Shown here: positions 13,200-27,100 of the stretch, piece by piece | Numbering within the stretch: position 1 is the stretch's first letter | Layout: every line of letters begins with the position of its first letter | Assembly (NCBI RefSeq): GCF_001194135.2 | Contig: NC_068985.1 | Coordinates: 54,327,659-54,391,658, forward strand | DNA from: Octopus bimaculoides | Lineage: Eukaryota | Direction of reading: 5' to 3' | Length of the DNA: 64,000 nucleotides | The notes under the pieces: model-generated | Database searches by the model: none | Seen by the model: only the letters and a program-made list of their open reading frames with translations | What the model was told of the DNA's origin: nothing | Made by a program: the position numbers and the translations under genes

Positions 13200-13605
13200 T
13201 GTAAGGTGCAGAGATGTGGCTGTGTGGTTAAGATGTGGTCTTGGGTTCAGTCCCACTGAGTAAAACTTTGGGCAAGCGTCTTCTACCATAGGTCCAGGCC
13301 AAAAAAGCCTTGTGAGCAGATTTGGTAAATAGAAACTGAAAGAAACCCATTGTGTGTGAACATGAGATGGAGAGAGCTGGTATTTCCTTGTGTAGACATC
13401 ACATAAAAGTCATAAATGAGTGTCATCATCATACAGCAGTGTTCTTGGTTTCCAGTCTTCTGGGAAAATATTATCTTACTTAGAAACAAGTGAGGGTTGG
13501 AGACAGGAAGGGCATCAAGCCACAGAAAAACCTACCTCAACAATTTCCATCCAACCCATGCAGGCATGAAAAAGGGGACATTAAAATGATGATGATGATG
13601 ATTTA
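13200..13605 (+). mobile_element. SINE family B variant carrying an RTE-like 3' tail ending (GAT)n
   Basis: Same head and core, then ggaaacaagtgagggttgg..aggaagggcatc.agc...gcatgaaaa..ggacattaaaatgatgatgatg. Similar copies at about 18560-19030(-), 26150-26600, 47190-47580, 51400-51790, 56900-57300(-) and 61170-61440. Confidence 0.8.
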
Positions 13606-14219
13606 ATGAAAACCTGATAGGTAAAATGTCTCATTGTCTTTCTTCTTCACTTAATGGAGAAATAGGAATAAGATAAAAAGGGGAATAAAAGGGTGAGTTA
13701 AATAATATTCACACAGTGAAATTAATATTTGTACATTATAGTTATTTTTATTCAATCTAGAAGGGTCAAAGCCAAATCAATCTTAGCAAGATTTGAGCAG
13801 GAAATAAGTGTTGGACTTATTATCAGCACCATAGTTAGTAATCTTATTTAATTTTAGACTTGAATTCATTGGACAAGGCACTCATCTGTGAATGTCTGTT
13901 GTTGGTTATTAAATTCCAACTGCAACTATTCAGCCTATTAAAGTTTAAGCTTCTAAGTGGGTTGTGTAAATTTAGAATACTTTAAACTAGGTGTGTCTTA
14001 CTTATTTTTCTTGGCCATTTACAACACTCGATCATTTGTAATATTCATGTTATTTTATATCTGCAACACAATTATTATCATACCATACCAGATTTCTAGT
14101 TGAAAATTGTGCTAAAAACAGTATAAAGCTTGCTAATTGACACAGGATACAGTATGCATCACTGACTGGCGAAAACATCTATCTCATCATTCTATTGCTT
14201 TTCATATATGTTAGTTAGT

Positions 14220-15650
14220 GACTTCAGGATCAGGCTAAATGGTTGCCCAGAAGACGACCAGCATGGAGGAGAAGGGTCTGGAAGCTTAAAGAACCTGTGA
14301 ATGGAGGGAGATTTAGAGACGTATTACTTGAAGCCTTTGACGAAATAGATGGGGATATAGCTTCACAACTGTCTGTTTCTACGAGACAACCTGCTGAGGG
14401 CCACTAACTAGATCTGTGGATGGTGCAAAGTTCCCTCTCAACCCAAAATAACGTGGTGGTGGAACAATGTTGTTGACAGGGCTATTAGACAAAAGAAACA
14501 GGCTTGGAAGGACTGAAAGAACGGTGGTAGCAGGGAATTGTATCAGACTGCCAGACGGGAAGCTAGGTGACAGGTTTATTTAGCCAGAGGGGAAGCAGAT
14601 AAGAAAAAATTTGCCAATGTTCTGTGCCACGAGGACCAAAGACTTGAGGCATTTCGTGTTTCAAGACAGTGTGTGAGAGAGAATCGTGATGTCGTAGGAG
14701 AGAAATGTGTCCATATGGATGATGGTTCACTTGCACTAAATGAGGCTGCAAAGAGAGAGGTTTGGAAACACCACTACAAAAGATTGCTCAATAAAGAGAA
14801 TGAATGGGAGAAAGAGAGTCTGCCGAATGTTGACCCAACAGAGGGACCAGCTATCCGAGTTGACAGTACCATGGTAGATAAAGCAATTAAGAGTACGAAA
14901 ACAGGGAAAGCCCCCGGCCCATCAGGAATCACTGCAGAGATGCTCAAAATATATGGCTGTGTTGGCTATAGCCTAGTCACTCGTATAGTTAACCAGGTGA
15001 TACACAAAGGAGTCATACCCAATGACTGGTGTAGCAGCACCATAGTCAACTGCTACAAAGGTAAAGGTGACGCTTTAGATACAAATAATTACAGAGGTAT
15101 CAAGTTGTTGGATCAGGTAATGAAAGTCATGGAGAGGGTCATAGCCCAACTAATTAGGGAGAGAGTCAGTTTAGATGAGATGCAGTTTGGGTTCATGCCA
15201 AGGAAAAGCACCACTGATGCTATATTTCTGGTAAGACAGCTGCAGGAGAAATACTTAGCCAAAGATAAACCTCTGTACCGGACTTTCATTGACATGGAGA
15301 AAGCCTTTGACAGGGTCCCCCGTTCCCTTATCTGGTGGTCAATGAGGAAACTAAGGATAGATGAATGGTTAGTGAGAGCTGTGCGAGCCATGTACAGGGA
15401 CGCTGTTATTAAGGTGAGGGTTGACAACGAGTACAGTGAAGAATTCCGGGTAGAGGTAGGGGTCCGCCAAGGTTCAGTCCTCAGCCCCCTCCTATTTATC
15501 ATAGTCCGCCAGGCAATAACACAGGAATTCAAGACAGGATGACCCTGGGAGCTCCTCTACGCTGATGACTTTGCACTAATTGCTGAGTCACTATCAGAAC
15601 TAGATAAGTTTCAGGTGTGGAAGCAAGGACTAGAATCGAAGGGTCTTAGT
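14220..15650 (+). mobile_element. RTE LINE ORF2 internal fragment with a 289-aa open reverse-transcriptase stretch (14673-15542)
   Basis: KAPGPSGITAEMLK, YKGKGDALDTNNYRGIKLL, QFGFMPRKSTTDAIF, FIDMEKAFDRVP, GVRQGSVLSPLLF; after one TGA it continues PWELLYADDFALIAES. Confidence 0.95.
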
Positions 15651-15945
15651 ACAGTTCATTTAGCTATCAACCAATGCAGGCAATAAACTTGCATCCTAAT
15701 TTTATCTAGGGAGCATAAAAGTTCTAAGAATATAGAGTTTTCTTTTTTAAAAAAAACATGCAGTACAGAAAAGGGTAAAAAGCAAACATATTTAGCCCTC
15801 GAGGGGTAATATATATCCTTGAAATCTAGGTTAGAACAATTCCTTAAGTTACTTATGCATTAAACCATTCAATATAGAAATGTTAGTATTAATTTTATTT
15901 AATTTCTGTAGAACTAAACTCACTCATTTACAGTTTGCTAATCAT

Positions 15946-15995
<50 letters not shown>

Positions 15996-16319
15996 TAGAA
16001 AGAAATTCATGTATCAAGCCCTATGAAAGTTAGCTGCAGATAAATTTAAGAAAACCACAGTGAAGTACATGTATAAATGTGTGTGTGAGTGTGTGTGTTC
16101 ATGAAAAATGTGAGGATTTGAAGGTGGAAAGTGTTGGCGACAGCGACAGAGAATGGAAGATAAAACAGATGAGCATCTTAGATCTAAAATATTTTGGATC
16201 TCATGGATACAAGAACATAATATCATGATGAAAGGAAAATAACCTTTGCTGATTTATCTAAAATATGCCAGAAAGAAAATGGCAAGTATTAAAATAATCA
16301 CGAAGGTGAATTGTAAATA

Positions 16320-17530
16320 CCATACGATATTCATTTATTACCTGTCCGACCTTGTGGGACAGAAAATTTAAGCAATCCTTAGCGGAACAATCCACAACTG
16401 TTTTGCTTTACTGTAGTTATGTAGATGACATTAATATTCTAGTTAGGACAAACTCTAGTAATTGTAATGTAGAAACCGAGAGGAGCATAATGGAGAGCAT
16501 CTAGCACATAGCTAACTCTATCCACCAAAGTATCAAGGTAACTATAGATTACCCCACTGGACACCCTAACAATAGACTCCCTGTCCTTGAACTTTGGTTA
16601 GAGACTGTAAACAACAGAGTGCAGTTCCTCCACTCCTATTACATGAAACCCATAGCTTCTAAATATGTTGCTCACAAGAACTCACTCAGCTTTGTCACAG
16701 AACATGATAATCAACATACTGATAGCAGACTTAGTTAGGATAATGAACAACATGTCCTCACTATGCAAACCCTATGAAACAAAGAAACATGTACAGAATT
16801 TCATGCACCACATGCAATTCTCTGGATATGAGCAAAAAGATAGGATTCGGGTATACAGGGAAGCTAGAAAGAAGTTAGATAGCATTATATGTAATAAAAG
16901 CAATGGTACTTGCTCTAGATACAGAAGTAAAGACTGAAATAGGATACAAAGGTTTGTGACAAAGCAAACAGGGTGAACACGTGATACAAGGCCGACAAAT
17001 ATCAAGGAGTGATATTTGTAGAGGCCACAGCCCATGGAGAACTAGCCCAAAGATTTAGGAAAGCTCTGAAGGAGACCAAACTCAACATTAAGATTGTTGA
17101 AAAGCCAGGGAACTCCATCAGATCACAACTATGTAGGACGTACCCCTTTGAGAATACCACATGCACCAATGAAAACTGCATGGTATGTAAGATTAACCCT
17201 GGCATTAACTGTAGAACTAGAAATGTAGTCTACAGCATAAGGTGCATAGAGGGTGCTTGTAAAAACAAGAACATGATATACATAGGTGAGATATCTAGAA
17301 GCATTGCAGAGAGACTAAATGAACATTTGAGACAATATGACCTCCATACTCTACCAGCATGCCAAACACCAATATGGAGGCACACTGGGTCAACCTGACA
17401 TCAGCATTTTATCCAAGCACCCGAAGGACCCGACACTCAGACAAATACAGGAGTATGTCTTCATAAATGAAACATCCCCAGTAATAAATAGGAATTATAT
17501 GTAGAAGGCAGTCATACTCCAAGACCCACA
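16320..17530 (+). mobile_element. Penelope-like element (probably Neptune group): RT C-terminal half, Cys-rich linker, GIY-YIG endonuclease
   Basis: YVDDI at 16418; SYYMKPIASKYVAHKNS thumb motif; ORF 17009-17398 with CTNENCMVC...C and VVYSIRC...C...YIGEISRSIAERLNEH. Frameshifted and 5' truncated. Confidence 0.85.
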
Positions 17531-17574
17531 GTTTATATATACACAGGTAGAGTTGTTAGTAGGCTGTTATCTAG

Positions 17575-17623
<49 letters not shown>

Positions 17624-18020
17624 CGTGTGTGTAGGTAAATGGATATGTAAGTAAACAGATAAATAGATAGATGGGTACATAGGTAATATGGCAGACATAC
17701 ACACATACATACACAAATGAAGACAAACACATGAACATATACACACACACTTCACAGACACGTGCGTGCACACACACACACACACACACAAGGACACATA
17801 TGGAGACACATCCATACATAACAGAGGCATGAACATAGTCACACAAACCCATACACACACTCAAACATGCACACACAAGAAGACATAGGTACACACACAA
17901 ATACACACACACATACATATATATATATGCATACACACACACATACATGCATACACACATGCATGCATACATAATGTGTATACACATGCACGCTGACACA
18001 CATATGCACACAAACAAAAA
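17575..18020. repeat. Compound (TG)n/(CA)n low-complexity tract
   Basis: Directly visible; immediately follows the Penelope-like element. Confidence 0.9.
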
Positions 18021-18831
18021 TACAGCTCTGATAATGGACAGAGTCAACGACTATTGGAAAGGTTGCAAGACGCAACAAAAATTTTAGAAAAAATAAATAA
18101 CTAAATGAGTGGAAATCGAACCAGTGAGTGTGTTAAATAATAAGGCACTAAAAGAGAATGACTCTCCAGAGACACAATAAAATATGCTTCAACACACAAA
18201 TTCACATAAAGAATCTTGCAAACTAAATACAGAAACGAAATTATCATACGAAGCATTAAAAAAAAACTGTTCTATCTCCATATTCATAATCAAAATTGAC
18301 CAAATTAGGTAAACAAAGAAATGAGTGAGATTGGTGGCATTGGATGTAGCTTAATTGACCGACATTGCCTGATTTGTGTTCCCAAATTGTTTCATAATGA
18401 TGTTAATAAGCAGGTTTAATTGAGACAAAAAATGTTTTATAGAAAAGATAGAAATTAAGACTAAATTTACTCATTTTTATTGTATCTTACTTTTCTACTT
18501 TCTAATACAGAGACAGTAATCTGAGTGTTCAGGACAATATGAAATAAAAACAAGTCATAATTGTACAGCAAAAGGCATATTATTTCTCATTTGAATGCTT
18601 ACTTTCCATGCTGGCATGGGTGAGACAAAATTTGTTGAAACAGATTTTCCATGACTGGACACTTATCATTAACCTTCAACTGTTTTCGAAGCAAAGGTGA
18701 CGTTTCCTGTTAATCCTTTGAACATGAACTACATAGTGGCTACATGCATAGTAGGGACACTTATTTACAATCAGAGTACAACGTCAAACCATGTAGTCAT
18801 ATGCATGTGCGCGCGCACACACACACACGCA

Positions 18832-18883
<52 letters not shown>

Positions 18884-19118
18884 GCTTCTTTCAGTTTCTC
18901 CCTGCCAAATTTACTCATAAGGTATTGCTTAGCCTAAGGCTATAGTAGAAGAGACATTTGCCCAAAATGTCTTGCAGTCAAATTGAACCTCAAATCATAT
19001 GGTTACAAAGTGAACTTTGTACCTATGTACCTAAGTATGAATATAAATAAATAACTGAAACCAAGAATACACACACACAAAAGAAAAGTAATTTACAAAT
19101 CTATTGGTTTGATGACTA

Positions 19119-19312
19119 ATTATTGCTGCTTTTTTTCAACAAATTTTATTCAACAAAACCAATAACAACATCTGACTGACTGCCAAAGAAATGGGAAGCA
19201 AGTAATTGAAGTAGATGGTGAATATGCTCCGGAATAATCATTTAAAGATGTTTTTGTTACATGTTATTGCTTTTGTTGAATAAAATTTGTTGAAAAAAAA
19301 AGCCGCAATAAT
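19119..19312. mobile_element. About 195-bp fold-back MITE with roughly 50-bp TIRs and TA flanks
   Basis: ta|attattgctgctttttttcaacaaattttattcaacaaaaccaataaca ... tgttattgcttttgttgaataaaatttgttgaaaaaaaaagccgcaataat|ta. Confidence 0.75.
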
Positions 19313-19639
19313 TATGCACCAACTCAATATTTAAGCTATTCTTTTACTAGTTTTAGTCACTGAACTGCAGCCGTACAGGATTAAATCAAATTAATGGTGA
19401 TGATTCTCAGATCAGTGTATCANNNNNNNNNNNNNNNNNNNNNNNNNNNNNNNNNNNNNNNNNNNNNNNNNNNNNNNNNNNNNNNNNNNNNNNNNNNNNN
19501 NNNNNNNNNNNNNNNNNNNNNNNNNNNNNNNNNNNNNNNNNNNNNNNNNNNNNNNNNNNNNNNNNNNNNNNNNNNNNNNNNNNNNNNNNNNNNNNNNNNN
19601 NNNNNNNNNNNNNNNNNNNNNNNNNNNNNNTTACTCCTT

Positions 19640-19905
19640 AACACATGGCTTAGAGGTCAAGGTATCTGGCTCACGATTGTAAGATTGTCAGTTCGTTGTG
19701 TTTTTGTGTTTTTGAGTAAGAAATTTCATTTTATGTTGTTCCAGACTTGTCACGTTCTATGTCAAGCTGAATCTCCTTGAAAACTATGTTAAGGGTACGC
19801 ATATCTGTGGAGTGCTCAGCCACTTGCCTGTTAATTTCACAAACAGGCTGTTCAATTGATTGGATCAACTAGAAACCTCATCTTCGAAACCAACAGAGTG
19901 CCAGT
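19640..19905 (+). mobile_element. SINE family C (tRNA-like head; 3' end ...gagtgctcagccacttgc...gagtgcca)
   Basis: The reverse complement of its 3' end occurs at about 80-190 (tggcactccatcagtt...caagtggctgagcactc). Confidence 0.7.
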
Positions 19906-21869
19906 ATATAGATAGCTACATGACAAGCACGCAAACTTTCTAATAAACTTTTATCAACCATAAAGTAAAGTATTGGATTTAAGTAAAAAGTATTAAGAAA
20001 AACATTTCAAGAACTTTGGAGACAATTAAAAAAAAAAACTTTATGGAATTCCAGTATCACTGAGAAACAAACTAGGATAGTCAAAGTAAACACCATTTAG
20101 TACAATGGGTTTATATGGGTGAAGGTGAAACTATATTAAGATCACTTGGCGAAGATCAAGGGGTCTTATCTTGTGAGTTATTTGGAGACCTCATTAAAGT
20201 CAGTGCCATGAAAAAGAAGCACCTGGTATATTCTGTAAAGTGTTTGGTATTAGGAAGGGCATCAAGCTGTAGCAACCATGCCAAAGCAGACATTGGAATT
20301 TTATATAATCCTTTGGCTAATCAGATCCTGTCTAACTGCACAACCCATGCCATTAGATGATGATGATGGCTCAATCCCACTGTACAGTATCTTGAGCTAG
20401 TAATTTCTATTACGGCCTTGGGGGTCAGCCCAAATTCCACATGCAAGTGGAATTTGGTAGACAGGAACTNNNNNNNNNNNNNNNNNNNNNNNNNNNNNNN
20501 NNNNNNNNNNNNNNNNNNNNNNNNNNNNNNNNNNNNNNNNNNNNNNNNNNNNNNNNNNNNNNNNNNNNNNNNNNNNNNNNNNNNNNNNNNNNNNNNNNNN
20601 NNNNNNNNNNNNNNNNNNNNNNNNNNNNNNNNNNNNNNNNNNNNNNNNNNNNNNNNNNNNNNNNNNNNNNNNNNNNNNNNNNNNNNNNNNNNNNNNNNNN
20701 NNNNNNNNNNNNNNNNNNNNNNNNNNNNNNNNNNNNNNTTACAGAGTCCACTGCTGCAATTACTCAGGTCAGATCAAGTCTCTAGTCTGAGCATAACCTC
20801 TTCCCATTTATCTTAAAGAGCTTCTAAAAGAGCCATATATATATTGCCCTTCTTCCTCTGCTTAGGCCATAGTGTGTGTGTGTGTGTGTGTAGGATTAAT
20901 TTCAAGTTTGGTTACTGTAAAGAAAAGAAAAAAAAAACTAAGGAGCAATATAAATTACAAAAAATTGCAATGAATATAAAATTGTACCATTATCCATCCA
21001 CTGCCTTGTAACCCAAACCAAGAGAGAAAATAAGGGGAGGTGGTAGTGGTGATTGTAGTTGTGATGGTGGTTGTTGTGGTAGCAATGATGATAGTGATAG
21101 TAGTGGTATGCACAAAAGTTTCTCATAAAAAAGATCTTTTGCCTTCCATGAAGCCAAGAGATATTCATCATACTATTTACAACCTGTTGTTTGTGCAGCT
21201 GATATAATAGCTATCAACTACTCACAAATAATATGCTTGAAAAGTCAGGATACAATGATAAAAGGTAATTTGAACGATACTCAACGATACACACTGCACT
21301 TGTTAAACACACACAAACACACACAAAGAGACAAACTAAACATTATCTAAACTTGACTAAAAGATTTCCTGATAATTTTTGCATAAATTATGTAAAACTA
21401 TGGTTCCTTTTGTTCACTGTGCACCTAAATATATCTTTCTGTGTATATTTAACACCTACATTGCTAAATCAGTCAAATTGAAGTATATTTTTTATGTATT
21501 CAACATCAGTTCTTCCAAGAGTAGGCAAAAATAAAAGTAGGGAATGTGAAATAAAGAAAGAAATTATATGATAGAACAGACTATATCTTTTCTTTAGAAC
21601 AAAAAAAAAATTATATGTAGTTAAAAATAGTTCTGTTTATATTTATACTATATTTTACTTCAACCTTAATTTAACCACTGCCACAAGGTCCATTCCTTAC
21701 TGCAACATGGTGGTTTGTGTGTCTCAGTGACTCTGAGAGCTATGCCAGCAGAGCACAAGCTCTGGACAGGGCTGCTCATGCTGGACAGGCCAAAGGATAG
21801 AGGCCTGACTAATATTGACCACTGGGTTTGCATAGGGCCAACACCCCTATCTAGGAAAAGCAAAGATAC

Positions 21870-22290
21870 AGAAGATTCAATGACAGTTCAAAACCAACAA
21901 GATCCTCATACGCAATCAGATGCATTGGGCACCTTGCAAGGATGCAGGATGACAAGTTGCCAAAGCAGTTGTTTTACAGGGAGTTGCAGTGTGGCAAACG
22001 TCCAAGCCATAAACCTAAGAAACGTTTTAGGGTTATTGTCAAAAGAAACCTTAAGGCTCTTAATGTGAAAGTTGAAGACTGGGAGCAGATGAAGCAAGAT
22101 CGATCAGTTTGGAAACAAATGATCTACAATAGATGTAAAGCATTTGAAGCTTGAAGAATTGAACAATCTATCTTGAAACAAGCACTTCGTAGATAGGACT
22201 TAATTACAATCCCAGACATTTTTCTGCTTAAAAATATCTGTAAGATCTGCAGTAGAGTTTGTTTGTCAAGAGAAGGACTTGCTAGTATAT
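21870..22290 (+). mobile_element. BovB-like RTE LINE 3' coding end with C2H2 finger remnant
   Basis: IGHLARMQDDKLPKQLFYRELQCGKR...KKRF...WEQM.QDRSVWKQMI...FEA, then ICKICSRVCLSREGLAS. Confidence 0.85.
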
Positions 22291-23301
22291 CATATATCAC
22301 ATCATATATCATATCATCACATTACATCATATCATATTATATCATATCATATACAAAAGGCAGCAAGCTGGCAGTACCATTAGCATGTCAGATAAAAGGC
22401 TTAGCAGCATTTCTTCTGTTTTTTTACAGACTGTCAACTTTGCTTTTCAATCTCTTCAGGGTTGATAAAGTACAAGTGCTGGGGTTGATGTATTTCCCCT
22501 TCCCCTCAAAATTGCAAACCTTGAACCTTACAACAAACCTATTCGGAGGGAATGTTGTAATACCAGTCAATTATACCTTATGGAAGGTAGGTAACCAGCT
22601 TTATGAATTCTAGCACTCAAAAAAAAAAAAATTGTATTATGACTACAAGGAATGTGGATAGCATACAAGATTGAAAACTATGTGAAAAATTTCCATTAGT
22701 ATCAGAGATTTCACTGTAAAGATATCTATACAGCTGATATAAGGTTAAAGTGTAAGGTTGGTCATGAATGCAAGCCTTGTTAACTACCCTAAGATAGCCA
22801 TATCCATTCTTTTTTTTTTTTTTTTAATCAACCATAATGTATCTAAAATTACATTTTAATGTGCCCTTTTTCATAAGATGGTAAGGTGTAATTTTCATGA
22901 GAGCTGCTGCTATTTCTAGCAGGTTGAAAAGCTACCTCTCAAGTTGTGCTTTGAGATAAACTACATTATTGTTTAATGTCAGTTTTCTCTATTAAAAAAT
23001 GCCAATCCAAACTGTGTGGTTAATAAGAACATCTTGACAAAACCAGCAGATCCAACAATATACAAATATGTAAATTTGTACATTAACATATATGATGAGG
23101 AGTTGATTAGCTTTATTTTGGATCTGTAAAGGACCTCTATATAATAATAGCCAATATACATGTTGGCCAGTTGATTTCTCCGGTCATATGGAGAGAGGGG
23201 GAAGAGACAATAAAAGAGAGATACAAATACTTAACACAAAAGGTGAAGGATGAGTGCACATACTTGGCATGGTGGCAGACAATGAGTAAAATAGTGCCTC
23301 C

Positions 23302-23340
<39 letters not shown>

Positions 23341-24109
23341 GTGAGATAGAAAGAATTATAGAGACAGAGTAAGAAGAAGAGAGTGAGTAAAGACAGAATA
23401 GTTATAAGAAGGGTCACACAAATTAGAAATTTGTTTTTAATTCTATTTGTTTTCACTTTAGCATTCAGTAGAAGCGACAAGAAATTTCATAAAAGTTCAA
23501 TTATAACTGTAAGAAATTAAAAGAAAATATATCATATTTCTTGATACTACCCACAATGGCTAAAGTATACTTCCCAAGTTATATCATATGACTGATAACA
23601 CTCTAGAATATATATATATAATCATTATCATTTTAACATCCCCTTTTCCATGCTAGCATGAATCAGACAGAATTTAGTTAAGGAAGATTTTTCTATGGCC
23701 AGTCCAGCCGTTTCTATGTAAGGTAATATTTCCCCATGACAATAACATTTGTTTAGAACTATCATGTGATATCAAAGCAAGGAGACAATAACTTTCGGTT
23801 TCCATCTACCAAATCACACACACACACACACACACACTCACAATCAAATTAACTGGATTGTTTTAAAGCAAAAACACCTCATTATTCTGAGAGTAATAAC
23901 TTTTTATAAATTCAAAAATTGGAGTTAATTAAGGATATCAAATGGAAGAATGAAACAAGGAGGTGGAATACTAATTCAACTCTTTGGTAACCAAGTCTAC
24001 TAATACTTCCACATCAAGGATAAACAAACCATTTTCACAAAATAAAAGTGAATCAAAATAATTACTTAAAATTCTATTTTTAAAAAATACCTGAATTTCA
24101 CGACAAAAA

Positions 24110-24145
<36 letters not shown>

Positions 24146-27100
24146 TATTAAAAAAAACACATACACCACCCAAATGATGAACTGATAGAGCAGTTCATTT
24201 ATGTTTTATATGAATTAAGTTTCTCTTTACCAACTAATTAGAAGTAGTTGTCATTAAAATTTCAATCAAGTAATATTTCATATTAAACTAGAAATGTCAT
24301 TTTATAGATTTCTCACATAGCCACAAGAAATCAGGTTTACCAACAGTTGAATACTAAAATGAAACCTGCTGTATATGATGGCATATATGCACTTTTTTTC
24401 TCCAAAACTTGTCTCAAAAAAATCACCCTTATATTTAAAGTTGACCTCCCATAAGCTTTAATACACTGAAAATTCTTTTGCTAAATATGCACTGCTCAAA
24501 TTGAGGTGGATTTTTTATGTCATCAAATACAGTACTGGTGTTCTATATTCCTCACAGTTTTTATGACACTTTCGTAATGTAATTAGTATATAAGACTTCT
24601 AATATTTTAGATCAATATTCAGCTGTAAATTTCTTTGCAAGATTTCAGTAAATCAACTTTGAACTTCAGATAAAAATATATACACCCATTTATACAGTGT
24701 ATCTCTCTTCTTTTTCTGTTCATGCATTTTGACAAATTTTTAAGGGTTTTGTGTTGGAGATGCTGACCTACAGATCAATAACGATTTACTGTTCCTAGTC
24801 ATTGTAAAATAAATTAGCAATAACTCCAAAATAGCTAGCTGTAAAAATACTTGTGATAGCTCATGTAAATATTTATATTTTTAAACCTATCCAACTTATA
24901 ATAAACATTTGAAAATTTCTCCTCATATATTTTTCCAAAATGATTGATACATAAAATAGTTGGTGCATTGAAAAGTATCTAACCATGAAAACCTATATTA
25001 TTACCTAACACACTTTTTCTGTTAGACATTCTGTCTGTCAGACTAAGCTTACACCAATATTACAAGTGTTTGAGAAAATGCCAAGTATGGCCAGACATCT
25101 TAAACCACTTTAGCATGGAATTATGGATATTTAAATGATGTTGATAGAGAACTAAGATGCACACATTTCTGTCTTTGACCATGTAATTTGGATTTAACTT
25201 GCCAACAGAGCAGACTGTCCAACATCTCACAAACCTCCTAAGACTTTGTTTCTCTTTTTGTGTGGAATATAACTAAACAAATAATGAGTCCATTGGTGTA
25301 GTTACAAGGGACTAAGGTTCCCATATTAGTAAATATACCCAATTCTGTGTGTATCAATGGTTCAAGTCTTTTACTATGCAAGAAATGTGCAATTTTATGT
25401 CATTATGAAACTTTGTTGCCAAGAGATAAGGGTGTTTCAAGTTCACAGTTGCAATCCAGAAGAATACAAACAAATGCACCGGTTTGTCTACACAAGACAA
25501 AAATGAATTAATCTTCCACCTCAGCAAAAAAGATATGTACTTGATGGGTCAAGAATCTGGCACCAAATTTGATCAGACATTCCACCAGTGCACAGTAATT
25601 GAATAATATGAAGTGAAGATAGAGTATTTTAAAGTTGAAAGCCATTATTTTCCTCATTGTATTATTGACCTAAGAACATCCAACTTAATCTAAAGTAATG
25701 GTTAAATAAGATTTAGTAAATGGATGTAATTTATAAAAAGTTTCAAATACCTAATTAATCTGAAAAAATGAAGAAAAAAATGGTCTAAATTAGAAGAAAT
25801 CTAAATGTTATTATATACCAAAGAGAACAAACCAATTGCTCTTTAAATGTGACTTGGGATACTTAGGATGTATTATTTAACATATTCAGATTTCAAGTTG
25901 ATATTAGACAATACATAACTATTGTATTGGCAAGGGGAAGGTGGTACTTTAGAATCAACTGTCTTCTATATTTTTATTGAGCATACAGGCTGTATGTCAG
26001 TAATATTGCAGCTCAAATTTAATAACTGCTGCAAACTTTTGCAATTAGCTGCAATGATAACACCAGTGAGTTAATACAATATTTATCTAATTATCTAAAA
26101 AGGATAGAGTTCACTGTTTAGTCACTGATAAAAATATTAAACTGAAGCACAGGCATGGAAGTGTGGTTGGGGAGCTTACTTCGCAACTACATGGTTTTGG
26201 GTTCAGTCCAAATGTGTTGCATATAGGACACATATTTTCTACTATAGCCCTGAACCAACTATGCCTTGTGAATGAATTTGGTATAGAGAATCTATACAAA
26301 GCCCATGATATGAGTGTGTGTGTATGTGTGTCTATAGGAGCGCTTACAGTTTGCGCTTGCATAAAAGAATTTTTTTTTTTTAAATCAGTGAGCTATAGTG
26401 GTGTTTTCTATTGTCATTTCTCTGCCAACAAATTATCCAGCATCTTTGCACTTTTGAAATCTAGTGAAATGAAAACTCCCTTGCTTGAAAAACAGGTAAG
26501 GGTTAGTGGTACAAAAGGCATCTGGTTGCAAAATAATGCTTTAACAATATGCATTCATCAAACCAATGTTAGCATGGAAAAACAGACATAAAACAAGTCC
26601 CCGGTTATAATGGGGACTCAATAGAAATTAATCAATAAACTAATGAAGCAAGAAAATAGGCTTGATTTCAGTTACCAAAACAAGCGAGGAGGGAAAATGA
26701 AGGAAAAATATTTCATCTTTCACCTCTCACACACACCCTTCCATCCCTTCCCACATGAATTTATAAAATACTGATAATGTACAAGGGACAACATGAAACA
26801 GATAAGTTATTCATTCAACAAGTTAATAATATCTTTACATCCTACACTGCTATTTTCTTCATACTAAATCTTAAGTTACACGGCACTAAATTATTAATCT
26901 TTTGTTGAAATTACCAAATTGATTTCTTGACTGAATTAATCCTTATGCATTTATGGTACTTGTTTGAGGTAAAGGATAAAAGATGAAAGATAAAAATAAG
27001 TACCAGTAACGTACTGAAATTAGATTTTACTGACATCTCCATACAAATTTTTGAACTTGTGCAGGTCAGAAATCATGAATTCTAAATTTTTATGCTTAGC

